64,000 bases of DNA from Podarcis muralis (taxonomy: Eukaryota), in NCBI RefSeq assembly GCF_964188315.1, contig NC_135659.1:84630001-84694000 (forward strand). Reading direction: 5' to 3'. Position numbers and translations under genes: made by a program. Shown here piece after piece: positions 20,401 to 32,777 of this stretch (positions are counted from its first letter, which is position 1; each line of letters begins with the position of its first letter). The notes beneath the pieces were generated by a model. That model searched no databases. It was given only the letters and a program-made list of their open reading frames with translations, and was not told the DNA's origin.

Positions 20401-22032
20401 GGAAAGCATTGCATGATTTATCTAATTTCCTAAGACTGCAAGCTCATGCAATGAGCACTGTTGGACACAGTGGAACCTAGTCCTGAGCAGAGGTTTCCAT
20501 CTGATTTTATCCCCCTAAACTGTCCAGTACCTAACTATGCATTGGGATACAAAATATATGTTTGAAAGCTACTCAGGAAGAAGAGATTAAGTGGCGTGAA
20601 TGACATCATAGTCTCCAAAGACTAGTCCAGCTCTCCGTTATCAGGGTCATTGTGAGGGCAAATAGGGAATGGGAAAGAAGGTTTACACGGGAAATGGTGT
20701 TATGGATTTGTCCTGTGGTACCATTAACTCTAGTCCCTTAAGCATGTTTAATAAAGTACGTAAACATAATAAGTACACACATCGCACATTAATTCTGAGG
20801 GCTCGGCTAGGAAGTGTCCGTAAAGTGTGATCCAGCAGGAGAGTTTGGAATGTGTAAGAAAGCAGATTTCTGCATTTATAGCACTTGCACATTTCGAGAT
20901 AAATCCTATTCCGTGTTGCCATATTCATTCTAGGATGTATTGAACTGATATAATACATATTTTTGAGGTGGCTGGAAGGCACATTCCCAAGCCAGGTTTA
21001 CTGACAATGACTCTCTGATGAGTTGAATGTGACTGGAACTGGATTGGGGTCTCTATTTTTATATGAAATGTGGCATTGTGACGTACCTTCTTCCTTTCAG
21101 GGATCCTTTAAGAACAATCCGCTATCCGGAAATGCTACTGTGCCTTTAAATTAAGGCTCACCTCTTAAATTGCTTGCTTAATCTTAGCATGTGGAGTTTC
21201 AGTTTTATTTTTTCCAGGTTTGAAACCTAGAAAATCAACCTCAAAATAAACAATCCTCTCCCCTCAAAGTTTTATCTCATGGTGTGCTTGCATTTCTGGT
21301 TCTAGCTGAGAGTATTAATCTCTGCATTAACAACAGTGTCCCTGTTCAAAATCCCGCATTGTTCAAGGGAAACTGCCTTTGTCCTATCTTTGCATCTGAT
21401 TAGAAGTTTATAACTGCGGGGGGAAACAATCATGGCTGAATCTTGAATCTCTGTGTTTTCGGGTAATTTTAGTAGGCTTAATTGCTTTAATCACACACTT
21501 CGGGGTATTTGGAGAATTGTCATAATGCGAGACTGTAGAACTTCATTTTGTTTATCCAAGTGGCCTGGGGGCACATTAAAAAATCCCCCCCCCCAAGACC
21601 AAATCTAAATCTAAATACAGATGAGTGCTAATCACATAGCATGACATTGATGCAGGGGTGAGAAGAGTCAAGCTGACCTTATCATTAGAGCAGTCTTCCC
21701 CAAGTTGGTGCCCTGCAGATGTTTTGAGCTATGGCTCTGATCTGCCCCAGCCATTAACGTGAAGCAATTGTTGCATTTCTGCCAACATTCATGGGAATTC
21801 ATTGTCTATTAGGACAGTTCAGGAATTATGAACCCTTCATCTAACTTCCAGGATCGGATCACAGAGACCCTCACCTCTGACTTTATAACTCCTCCACCTC
21901 ATGTATTTCCTTGTTGTTGCTGAAGAAATCAAACTTGGCCACCATCCCCTGTGCAGATTCCTTCCCTGCAAGCTGCCCCCTGCATTGGATCTTGCCCTTC
22001 ATTGGAATTTGGCCCCTAGTAGCAGTAGGAGG

Positions 22033-22378
22033 GGGACGCGGGTGGTGCTGTGGGTTAAACCACAGAGCCTAGGACTTGCCGATCAGAAGGTCAGCGGTTT
22101 GAATCCCCGCGACGGGGTGAGCTCCCGTTGCTCGGTCCCAGCTTCTGCCAACCTAGCAGTTCGAAAGCACATCAAAGTGCAAGTAGATAAACAGGTACCG
22201 CTCCAGCGGGAAGGTAAACAGCGTTTCCGTGCGCTGCTCTGGTTCGCCAGAAGCGGCTTAGTCATGCTGGCCACATGACCCGGAAGCTGGTACACCGGCT
22301 ACCTCGGCCAATAAAGCAAGATGAGCGCCGCAACCCCAGAGTCAGCCACAACTGGACCGAATGGTCAGGGGTCCTTAA
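22033..22378 (+). mobile_element. Sauria SINE, full length
   Basis: Complete head, core and tail; 12-bp TSD AGCAGT(A/G)GGAGG (22021-22032, 22379-22390). Confidence 0.95.
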
Positions 22379-23864
22379 AGCAGTGGGAGGTGATGGGCAA
22401 GGAACAAAGAGGCCCATAGCCAGGTGTGAGGTAGAGACTCAAGAATTGGTGCTTATGTCTCTCTAGTACAGAGGAGAAAGGAAGGTGCCAGTTTTGGCAA
22501 CCAGCAGACACATGGAGCTGGCGCGGTTGTCAGAACGATCATCTGTGAAGGAAGCCCTCACCTCCAACACTCCCCTGATGAACACTGGGGTGCGAGAGGC
22601 AGCTGACGCACATGGCAGCTTGGCACTACTGCAAGCACTGGCTCATCCCTGGGACATTCCAGGATCAATTCAGAAGCGATCTTGGCTTCTGTAATTCCAG
22701 GAATGACCCATTATAACAGGGACAGTTGGAGAGCATGGCTATTGCATGCTTGACAATCCATGGGGTGAAATGGACCTAAAGGTGCAAGGCCACTTTGTGT
22801 ATAGAAAGGTGAGATGGTTTGCCTAACGTGGGACAGTTTGCAGAGCCAGCTTTACCATGAAGCAGCCTGAAGCCACCTTGGTTTGGATGCCAAGCTGGCC
22901 ACATGCCTTGCACATCGTAATGATTTTATTTTTTTTAAAGAGACTGGAAGATCCTTCCTTCTTTGCAATATTAATGGACTTTAAAAAATGTTTGAGACTA
23001 TAACTGCTTTTTTAAAAAAAAAAAGTTCTTCTGCTTTTTTGACCCTGCCTCCTTCTTATTGGTATAATATTTATGGTCTTGTGGATCTTGGCTCCTCTGA
23101 GACGAGTGTCTGCCTGATTTGCAGCACAGGTGCTGTGTAGGTGGGTGTTAAGTGGGCTTCCCCTGCTCTGCCAGGATGCCTGAACTGTGCTAGCTCAGCA
23201 CCAGGCTCTGGCAGTCCTATGTTTCCTTGCAGCCAAGGCTGGCAATCTGTGCCAACTTGTGGAAGCAGTTGGGGGTTCACAAACCTTTTCTAAACTTGCC
23301 GGGTTGTATAAATAGCACAAATCTGTGCCTCAAGAGGAAAATAAAAGGAATAAATATTTTAAATCCCCACTCCCGACCAACACATAGAGAGAGGGGGGGA
23401 GGGGGAGAGAAGCCAGCAAAGACCCATAGCATCAAATGCCATTTTAAATCTGCTTCATTGTCCATTGGCTTTAAAGGGCTTGGGATCAAAGCGGACCCTG
23501 GTAAAAATCAATGGCTGGTCCATACGGCTGTCTTTGGGGGTCTTTGCAATGGGACTTGCTGAATGAAGTTGCCAGTCTGGATTCCTGCCAGGTGGGTACG
23601 AATCCATGTTAAGGCAAAGTAAGGCAAGGTTGGCCAATCCCCACATTTGCTCAATATTGGTCGCCATGGTCCATGTCCGACATTCTCTGCCCCAGTAGCA
23701 CAAGGTCAGGTTTTAGTGATGCACAGCAGAGGAGTCTGATGCAATAGTTGTGCTGGTGGAAACTCATTGCACAACAGATTGAGCAAATCTACAGTGCAAC
23801 CAAATGACCAGCATCATCCTATTTGTGCCTTTTCTGGTGCAAAACATTTTTCCAATGGAACAAG

Positions 23865-23865
<1 letters not shown>

Positions 23866-23914
<49 letters not shown>

Positions 23915-24240
23915 CCTGCCCATCTGGCTGGGTTTCCCCAGCCACTCTGGGCAGCTCCCAACCAAATATTACAACACAATACAGCATTAAACATTAAAAA
24001 CCTCCCTAAACAGAGTTGCCTTCCGATGTCTTCTAAAAATCAGATAGTTGTTTATTTCCTTGACATCTGATGGGAGGGCGTTCCACAGGGTGGGCGCCAC
24101 TACCGAGAAGACTCTCTGCCTGATTCTGTGTAGCTTCACTTCTAGCAGTGAGGGAACCGCCAGAAGGCCCTCAGCGCTGGACCTCAGTGTCCGGACTGAA
24201 CGATGGGGGTGGAGAGGCTCCTTCAGGTATACAGGACCGA
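23866..24240 (-). mobile_element. L2 LINE 3' end (subfamily A) with (AAT)n tail
   Basis: Reverse complement of 1-330. Confidence 0.9.
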
Positions 24241-24914
24241 GGACGAGTATCTTTAACTTAGCACTACACTGGATACAACCCCATGCGCACCTGAAATATA
24301 GGAAGCTGTTTTATTCCAGCTCAGGTTCCTACTGGCAATGTCTCTCCAGTGTCTCAGACAGAGAAAGGTATTTCCCATTGGATGCTATGGGATACATAGT
24401 GGAAACTGTGAATACTCTGAAAAATGGCAGCCCTAGGTCTTCCTCTGCTTCCCTCTTCCCTGGAAGAATGAAATCAACATATGATGGATTTTTGCTCTGT
24501 GCCATGCTTGATCACATCTCCTCAAGAGGATGCTCACATTGCATTGTGTGTGCTGCTTTACTATGCATTGCTGAGGTTGGAAAGGAGGAGAATGGTTGTG
24601 TGTCTTACTTGACAAAGGACAGCCCTCCCTTTGAAGGAGTCTCCTCTTTGCAGGGCTGCCTCATCCAAGTCCGGTTTAAAGATAAAGAACCATCAGGAGG
24701 GAGAGCAGGAAAGGCCTTGAAGTTGCTCATCAACAGTCTGGAGAGCAGGCTCAGCTTGCTGCTCACTGACTTCCCAGTATGGTGTTTCTATTTAAATTAT
24801 ACTCTTTCTCAAATGGCAAATTGCATCCTTCCATATAAATGAGCATACACAAACCTGTGTCCACTTTTGTGGGGGGTTTTGGCAATGCATTTCCCCCATT
24901 TATGCATGAGCGCG

Positions 24915-24919
24915 CGCAC

Positions 24920-24953
<34 letters not shown>

Positions 24954-24960
24954 CACACAC
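24915..24960. repeat. Imperfect (CA)n microsatellite
   Basis: Direct reading. Confidence 0.9.
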
Positions 24961-25540
24961 TGGGTCCAGACATGAGCCAGTTGCTTGCAGGGGCAGCAAT
25001 GTGGTTCCCACACTCCTATCTAACTCACGGCTGGGGGAACCTTTTGCAGCCTGAGGGCTACTTTCCCTTCTATCAACCTTCTGGAGCCCACATGGGAGCC
25101 AAAAGTGGGTGAAGCAACAAATGAAAGCATGATCAGAGTTCCAGGGAACATTCCAGACAAGTGAAAACACTCAAGGAAGGTGCAAAGCAGAGTCGGTGTG
25201 GTCTGGGGAGTGTTCATAGGACCAGCTAGAGATGCTCAGAGGACTGCCTTTGTCCCCCAGGCTCTGCGATCCCCTATCCCTGATCTATCTCCACTCTAGA
25301 TGTCCTTTCACGAGGCACCTATATAACCATATCTCCTCATACCATTGCCCAAGCAAGAGCTGTTTCTCCACCATAAATTGTTCTCTTTTCCTAAGACAGG
25401 TTACTTTTTTCAGCAGACTGATAGGATATATATTTGAGGGGCAGGTGGTTAGGCTCTATGTCTGGGTCCCTCCTAATTCCTAGATTCCATTGTTGGAATA
25501 GCCAGGCCATCTTCTTGGTGAGTTAACAACCCCTAACCAT

Positions 25541-25934
25541 GGCTTATCGCCAAAGAATTGATGCTTTTGAATTATGGTGCTGGAGGAGACTCTTGAGAGT
25601 CTCATGGACTGCAAGAAGATCAAACCTATCCATTCTTAAGGAAATCAGCCCTGAGTGCTCACTGGAAGGACAGATCCTGAAGCCAAGGCTCCAATACTTT
25701 GGACACCTCATGAGAAGAGAAGACTCCCTGGAAAAGACCCTGATGTTGGGAAAGATGGAGGGCACAAGGAGAAGGGGACGACAGAGGATGAGATGGTTGG
25801 ACAGTGTTCTCAAAGCTACCAACATGAGTTTGACCAAACTGTGGGAGTCAGTGGAAGACAGGAGTGCCTGGCATGCTCCGGTCCATTGGGTCACGAAGAG
25901 TCGGACACGACTGAACAACAACAACAACAACAAC
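25541..25934 (+). mobile_element. BovB (RTE) LINE 3' end
   Basis: Open frame RIDAFELWCWRRLLRVSWTARRSNLSILKEI..QYFGHLMRREDSLEKTLMLGK..; GAGTCGGACACGACTGAA end and (CAA)n tail. Confidence 0.95.
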
Positions 25935-27517
25935 CACAAGGATGGGTTGTTAGGGTAAAAAGGAAGTGGGTCTGTGCCAGTACTGGGCAAATGATGGGGC
26001 TGGGAGTTAGGAGGATAAAATCCAGAGTTGAGTGTGAGAGAGAGCCAGTAGCTTGAAGCCGGCTGCAGACAGAAGCCTGTGAGGGAGAGACATGCTTGAT
26101 TTTCTGCTGGAATCCAAGGCTGTGGCTATGGGAGAAGCAGAACTTTCTTGAGGTGTTAATGCTGTGAGCCTCTCCATTGCCGGCTCGGGTTGTACATATG
26201 TGCAAATAAACCATATATCATAAAGACACAACAGTCTCCACTGAACGCTGGCTAAGTGCCTGGAACCCCAGGAATCTTGGAGATTATCATTCATTCGGAA
26301 CCCATTCCAGGTCCTGATTTCTCCTTGCTCCGCCCATCATTTGCTGGGCTTAAAGTGATCTAAAGCAGAGATTTTGCCAAGCAAGGATAAATTAAACGGA
26401 AGCAAAGTTTGCGTCTGAAGTTTGCTTTGCTTTCAAGTTTCTCTTTCTTCTGCCTTTGCTCTTCCCCTCTATTTTCTTGCCATTCCAATCCTTGGCTCCC
26501 CTCCCCTCTACCCTTAGCTGAGATGTTCCAGGGTGCTCCCTCTCCCTCCCTCTCTCCCTCTCTCTCCTATGTGTTTTTTCCCCTTTTTAAAAAAATCACG
26601 CAGTATCTCTTTGCCAGTGTTTATTTTTAAGCCGTGCCAAAAGTGTTTATAGATAGAAACAACAGGACAACCCATAATTAAATCATTGTTTCTGCTACAT
26701 CTGCTATTTAGCAACTTGAAGGAAAATAATTTCCTCTCAACAAAGGAGGGAATGGTCAAGGAAGCTCTGAAGTTTGCACCCATTATTACCATATAAAACA
26801 ACATATTAGTTGCTTAGCTACCGATCATAAAAGGAGGCCAATTAAAAAAAAAATATGAAAGACTCTTAACTAAACTGTGTGGAATAGAAAATGCAGAAAC
26901 TTAAAAGCTGTCAGGTGGTTAGTGGAAAGAATAACGAGGAATGATTGACAAAGTGGGCTTTACACGGCTTCAATTTTGGCTTTGATTCAATAAATGATTG
27001 ACGTGCCGATATCTTCTGAAAAAGTGGATTATGCTTTGGAGAGGTTATTTAGCAAGCCACTGATTGACAGTTTACAAAAACTGTCCCATGGACAGAGGTA
27101 ACCAAACAGAGCCGTTATTTTGACAGGTAAATTCCTTTCATCTCCATCTATACCCTTTTTCTGAATCTCAGCAAATACTCTGAAGTGCCAGTCAGTTACC
27201 ACACAGAGGTCTCCATATTCAGAATGGTTTCTCCTTTTTTTATATTAAAAATAAATAAATCCAGATGCAAAATGGTGCGGGAAGGTATTCACTGAAAGCA
27301 GCAAAAGCAAAACTAAACCATGTAGAGTGACTTTGTGTGATAACACAGAATGATTGTAAGATGTTCAGCCACTTCTGCGTAATTGATTGTAAAGGTTAAT
27401 TGGATGAAAGGTCTTAAACTGACCTAGAAGGCTACCCATAAGAATAATAGGTCTTCATATCCTTCATGTGTCCCCAACCTGGCGCCCATCAGCCCAGCTA
27501 GTCAAAAACACTTTGGA

Positions 27518-27610
27518 TGAAGCACTGTGGCTCAGTGGTAGAGAACACGTTTTGTATGCAAAAGGACTTGGGTTCAGTCCCTCAGTACTTCTAGGTAGGG
27601 CTGGGAGTAG
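27518..27610 (+). mobile_element. tRNA-derived SINE head
   Basis: GTGGCTCAGTGGTAGAG (A box) ..GGGTTCAGTCCC (B box) followed by non-tRNA AGGTAGGGCTGGGA. Confidence 0.6.
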
Positions 27611-27679
27611 GGATGTAAGAATGGATTGATTTCAATTCTGATCTCTGCTTGTTGTTTCCATTCCGCTGCAGCTTCTGAC

Positions 27680-27770
27680 TAATAATAATAATAATAATAA
27701 TAATTTATTTGTACCCCGCACATCTGGCTGGGTTTCCCCAGCCACTCTGGGTGGTTTCCAACAAAGATTA
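27680..27770 (-). mobile_element. L2 subfamily A 3' tail with (AAT)n
   Basis: CATCTGGCTGGGTTTCCCCAGCCACTCTGGG. Confidence 0.85.
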
Positions 27771-27825
27771 AATTACATGAAAATGTCACACATTAAAAAC
27801 TTCTCTGAACATAATAATGCTTTAT

Positions 27826-28060
27826 TTAGGGTTGCCAAAAAAGTTGGGACCAGAGTTGTTGAGCTTCTTTCGGGGTGGGACAAAGTTGTTGAGTTTTTTT
27901 GGCAAAATCTTTTTTTAAAAAAACCTGAAGCTTTTGAGGTTTTGAAAAAGGAACTTCGGCAAAAACTAGCCTTCCAATATGGGTTGCCGTATGTCCAGAT
28001 TTTCCCAGACATTTCAGTGATTTCCACCCAGAACCGTTTCCAACTGCTGTATTCGGGCTA
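27826..28060. mobile_element. Fragments of TAGGGTTGCCA-ended hAT-type elements
   Basis: TAGGGTTGCCA and GGGTTGCCGTATGTCC starts, as in 35069-35159; no matching right end. Confidence 0.4.
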
Positions 28061-28618
28061 TGTTCAGAAACTTCAGAATGTACACAAACCCTACTTTATT
28101 TGTCTCTGATACAGACGTTTACATAATTAATTCTGTATGTTATTCCACACAATTCATTTCAATGCAAAGGAAGGGGAATGTATATGGAGAGGGGAGAATA
28201 TCATCGATTGCATATTGCTTGTCAACTGAAAACAGCAGCAGGAAATGCCAGTTATATTTGCTGGACTGATTTCCATCCTGGACATGGGACAAATAAACAA
28301 ACTTCAGCAATTTCCACCTCCACCTCCATTTCCATTTCCATCAAAATTCTCTGACATCCCAGGTGGGACAGATCATGTCTGAAATTGTGGAGAGCTCTTG
28401 CCAGTCAATCCTGAGCTATGTAGATGGCCTTGCATACTATTAGGTAGCTTCCTGTGTTCCACGTTGGGGAATGCTGTCATAGGCTCGATCTACACACATC
28501 AAATAAGCGTTTCCGTTAAATGCGTTGTAAATTTAAACAGGGAAAACAGGTAGAGAAAAATGGGACTCCACGCCGCCATCTGGTGGCACAATACTATATC
28601 ACATATACAACGCATATA

Positions 28619-29198
28619 CCGTATTTTTCGCCCTATAGGACGCACCGGCCCATAGGACGCACTTATTTTTTTTTGGGGGGGGAATAAAGACCCCAGCCCG
28701 ACCCCAGCCCGACCCCAGCCCGACCCCAGACCCCAGAACGGATCCGAGGGCGATGGCGAAGTTGCGTGCAGCTTCGCCATCGCTCTCGGAGCTTGCAGGG
28801 CTGGGGGCGGGGAAAGCCCCCAGAACGGGTCCGGGAGTGATGGCGAGGTTGCGCAACCTCGCCATCACTCCTGGAGCTTGCTTGCGGGGCTAGGGGAGCC
28901 CAAGCTTCCTCCGTCCCCAGCCCCCAGAACTCCCCCCGGGCATGCAAGGCTTGCGGACACCTACGCAAAGCATGGGGCGTCCTCCGGAGGGCGCCCCATT
29001 CTTCGGGCTGCAGGCTGCCGCTCGCAAGGCTTGCGGATAGCTTCCTGAAGCCTGGAGAGCGAGAAGGGTCGGTGCGCACCGACGCCTCTTGCTCTCCAGG
29101 CTTCAGCGAAAGCCTGCATTCACCCCATAGGATGCACACACATTTCCCCTTCATTTCTGAAGGGGGAAAAAGTGCGTCCTATAGGGCGAAAAATACGG
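28619..29198. mobile_element. Tc2/pogo-type non-autonomous DNA transposon, 580 bp, CpG-rich
   Basis: TIRs CCGTATTTTTCGCCCTATAGGACGCAC / GTGCGTCCTATAGGGCGAAAAATACGG; TA on both sides; internal 12-bp repeats CCCCAGCCCGAC. Confidence 0.93.
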
Positions 29199-29426
29199 TA
29201 AATCACTTTTTCTTTTCCAAGCTAGCTGTGTTCCTAGAGTCTTGAGGCCCCAAATGATTAGGAAGGTGCAAGAATAGCACTAATTACTAGAGAGATTTGG
29301 ACACCCACCATGCATTGAAAGAATTATGTTGGGTCACAAGACCCTGTTTGGCTAATGAATGTGCCAGCCACCCACACCGTCAGTGAAAGCAAATGCACCT
29401 TTTATTGCACACTGGGGAAGGGAAAC

Positions 29427-29574
29427 CAGTGCTATTTCTGGGGGTATGCAGTGGTACGCATAACCCTAAACATTTTGTGAATCTAAGTTTGGCCTCATTG
29501 AAGGACAGTATTTCAACATGAGTAGGAAAATGAGAGTACCCCTAAACATATTTTTTGGGGGGGGGCAAGCACTG
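29427..29574. mobile_element. hAT MITE
   Basis: CAGTGCT / AGCACTG ends; TSD AGGGAAAC / GGGGAAAC (7 of 8). Confidence 0.75.
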
Positions 29575-30139
29575 GGGGAAACTATTGACATGTTGAGCAA
29601 ACAACCAGCAGACATGCTATGGAAATAAAAAGAAGGATCTGTTTGGTGGTGGCTTCAAGAGTTCAACCCAGGCAGGCCTAGAGAGGGAGTGGATTCATAA
29701 AGCCTTCACACTGGGGCCTGATGAAGTCAAACTCTTTAACTTTGCTGGAATGCAAGGTTTAATTACAGGAGGCTTCTTGAGTCCCATCTTTTAAGAAAGG
29801 ACTTGGGTGAGGATGACAATAGAGGCACAATTCTTGTCATAAACATCCACAGGCCCCGGCAGGATTTGTCCCACAGTTTGCACAGCAAAAAAATTGGCAA
29901 GGAGTGACATTGCCTTTATAGCCCGCCATAAATTGGCTTCATCAAAGCTTCCAAGATGATGATGACCATAATAATGAAGAAATGTAGGGAGCAGCTTTCA
30001 GACGGATCTCCTACCAGCTTGGAGATACCGCAAGGGCATTCTCATAAACAATCTCCTGGAAACTATGCTGTAGTTGTTTTCTGTTCCCTGCTCTGAGAAA
30101 CTACTCTTCAGATCTTTGGCACAATATGGGAATGTTTTT

Positions 30140-30272
30140 GATTTTAGATTATGGATTTGTTTGCCACCCTGGGCTCCTTTGGGAGGGCAGGCAGGATGTT
30201 GTTGTTGTTGTTGTTGTTCTTCTTCTTCTTCTTCTTCTTCTTCTTCTTCTTCTTCTTCTTCTTCTTCTTCTT
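30140..30272 (+). repeat. L2-like 3' tail followed by compound (GTT)n(CTT)n microsatellite
   Basis: TTTGCCACCCTGGGCTCCTTTGGGAGGGCAGG then GTT and CTT runs; explains the poly-E/Q/L/S ORFs. Confidence 0.75.
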
Positions 30273-31042
30273 CGGCTACCTGCAATGGCTGTATCCTCCT
30301 ACATTCCTTGCTCCAAATTAATTGTGAAAAATATGTATATTTTAGTGTCGACAATCAGCTTTGCTTTACATTTTGAACGGCCCAAGAGATGTACAGCTGC
30401 CCTGACCCTGAAGGTATTCTTAAGTGCCGGCTGAGGCTGATGGGAGTTGTAGTCCAACACATCTGGAGGGCATCAAGTTAGGAGAGGCCATTCTATATGC
30501 TATGCAGCTGATATGTGAATGCCTGGATAGTTCTTCTTTTCTAATGAGCTACAACTGGAGCAGGCCAGTTTGACGAGAGCGGTGACTGGTGCTGGACGGG
30601 CATTTAATTCTTCCCCAGATTAACTCTCTCCCCCCCCCCAATCAAAATGACCTCCTGTGTTGCTGTTAACCTCCCTCACCCCATATTTCAAGCAGAAAAT
30701 CAGGAAGGGAAAAAGTTTTGAACATCTTCTCTTCACCCCACTGCTGTTATTGGGAGACGTGTTTCCCACTCTCCTCATGGAGGCATTTCTTCAAAAGAAA
30801 ATGTCTGGGGATGCAGCCACAGATCTCACATGTAGCTTAGTACTGTTAGACGTCACACTCACCCAGGGTTGTGTTTTCATTGGGAAATCAAGGGGACTAG
30901 TGTCTTTAAGAAATACGGCTTATTGTACATGTTTATACCTGGAAGTCTCCAGTAGAGAGAGGAAATAGCTGGTGGGAAAGGGTTAAGCACCCTGGCTTCC
31001 CCACCACTTTTCTGCTAAAAATGACCACTTCCTCAAGCTGCT

Positions 31043-31044
<2 letters not shown>

Positions 31045-31092
<48 letters not shown>

Positions 31093-31150
31093 TTATACCC
31101 CGCCCATCTGGCTGGGCCTCCCCAGCCACTCTGGGCGGCTTCCAAAAAAA
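31045..31150 (-). mobile_element. L2 subfamily A 3' tail with (AAT)n
   Basis: TACCCCGCCCATCTGGCTGGGCCTCCCCAGCCACTCTGGGCGGCTTCCA. Confidence 0.85.
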
Positions 31151-31872
31151 TATTAAATTTTCTTTGAAAAATAAAAATGCCGAAGGAACTGTCATCTTCT
31201 TATTTACCCTTGATGTGTTATTAGACCCCAATACTGGCCTACCTTGCAGAGCTGTTTCAGCATTTACTGAGAACCTCCCCAAAGATTTGTTATTATTCAT
31301 AATTAACTGAAGCAAGCTTTGTCCTTTCTTCAATGTGCTCTCTCGCCCCCCCCCCCGGCCCCCACCGAGTGCAGCAAGAGAACTCAGGAAAAAGTTACAT
31401 TTCAATTAAAATGCCACGAAATGTATTTGCTTCTTTTAGCCGGGTTTGATATTTCAGTTAAGCTTGCTCTGTGCTGTTTACTCGACAAGCACCCGTGGTA
31501 TGTGTAAACTACATTTGTCCATTTATCTTGCCTTGACATTTAAGGGAGAAAAAACAAAACCCTGCGAAAGCCTTCATGCCTGAGCAAGTGATATGGTTTT
31601 GTCTGAGTGGCAATGTCAGAGATGCCAGTTTCTTCGAGCATGCATAAGCTCTTTTTGCTCTCAGAAATGATCATAGGGCATCTCAGACCTTAGAGGGTAT
31701 CAATCTAGGTTTGTTCTGCCACTTAGCCCCCACTCCCCCCCAAAAAAATACTTTTTTCATACTCAACCCTTCCTTTTGCATCTTACCCTACTTCCTAATT
31801 GTCTTATGCTTTTAAAAAGGGATTAAAAACACTGTAAGCAAGGTTTATTCTATTTCACTTAATTATTGTACA

Positions 31873-32207
31873 GTAAAGGTAAAGGTAAAGGGACCCCTGA
31901 CAATTAGGTCCAGTTGTGACCGACTCTGGGGTTGTGGCGCTCATCTCACTTTATTGGCCGAGGGAGCCGGCGTACAGCTTCCAGCATGACTAAGCCGCTT
32001 CTGGTGAACCAGAGCAGAGCACAGAAATGCCGTTTACCTTCCCGCCGGAGCGGTACCTATTTATCTACTTGTACTTTGACGTGCTTTCAAACTGCTAGGT
32101 TGGCAGGAGCAGGGACTGAGCAATGGGAGCTCACCCCGTCACGGGGATTCGAACCGCCGACCTTCTGATCGGCAAGTCCTAGGCTCTGTGGTTTAACCCA
32201 CAGCACC
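31873..32207 (-). mobile_element. Sauria SINE with small internal deletion
   Basis: Family sequence on minus strand; lacks GGGTCATGTGGCC block. Confidence 0.92.
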
Positions 32208-32777
32208 TCTTTCTAAACAGGTTTGTAGGGTTTCAGCAGTCTGAATGAGAGGAACCAAGGACTAGAGCTGATCGGGAACTGGAGTCAAGGAACAAAGCCA
32301 GAAGTCAGGACCTGGGAGCAAATTCAAATCAAAAGTGACCAAAAATTCAGGAACATTCCAGAGCATTGCCCAAGCACAGGAAAGACCGCCTCTAATTCCT
32401 TTTGTCCATGATGGACAGAGTCACTGCAGGGTCCTGGGGATACTTCACCGCCTAGGCAATTTTATTATATTTTGAGGAAAGTTTTCCAAATCATTTTGGC
32501 TGAAAATATAGTTCTGGGTAAATGCCTGTTACCATTGGCTGTTGCCCCGATCAATAGGGAAATGTAGCTTTGGCTAGTTTTCTGCACTCTTCCGTTCTGG
32601 CTGCCGGACAAAGCTTGACCCACATGTCCAACGTGTGGGCTGGTGTCATATTCATAGATATGGTGTCATATTCATAGATATATATCTCTAGGGTCTGAGC
32701 AGAAGTTTTCTGATGACATTATGGGTGTTAGCCAATCAGAACTGTCCACAGTCAACATGCAGAACCAGATATTACTA

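Noticed and set aside
24048-24842. Longest ORF in the track (264 aa)
   Set aside because: Begins as the antisense frame of an L2 and runs into unique DNA; non-ATG start, no recognisable domain, no splice context
27518-27610. tRNA gene
   Set aside because: A and B boxes present, but no acceptor-stem closure and the anticodon arm is degenerate; continues into SINE body sequence
28691-28735. CRISPR-like or novel tandem array (CCCCAGCCCGAC repeats)
   Set aside because: Contiguous 12-bp units without spacers, internal to a Tc2-type MITE in a vertebrate genome
29998-30434. Poly-E/Q, poly-S and poly-L ORFs
   Set aside because: Frame artefacts of the (GTT)n(CTT)n microsatellite; the same holds for poly-I/Y/N/CV ORFs elsewhere
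32641-32680. Exact 20-bp tandem duplication (also 15-22-bp ones at 36351, 45441, 52872, 53578)
   Set aside because: Ordinary slippage-type insertion mutations; no shared sequence or functional pattern
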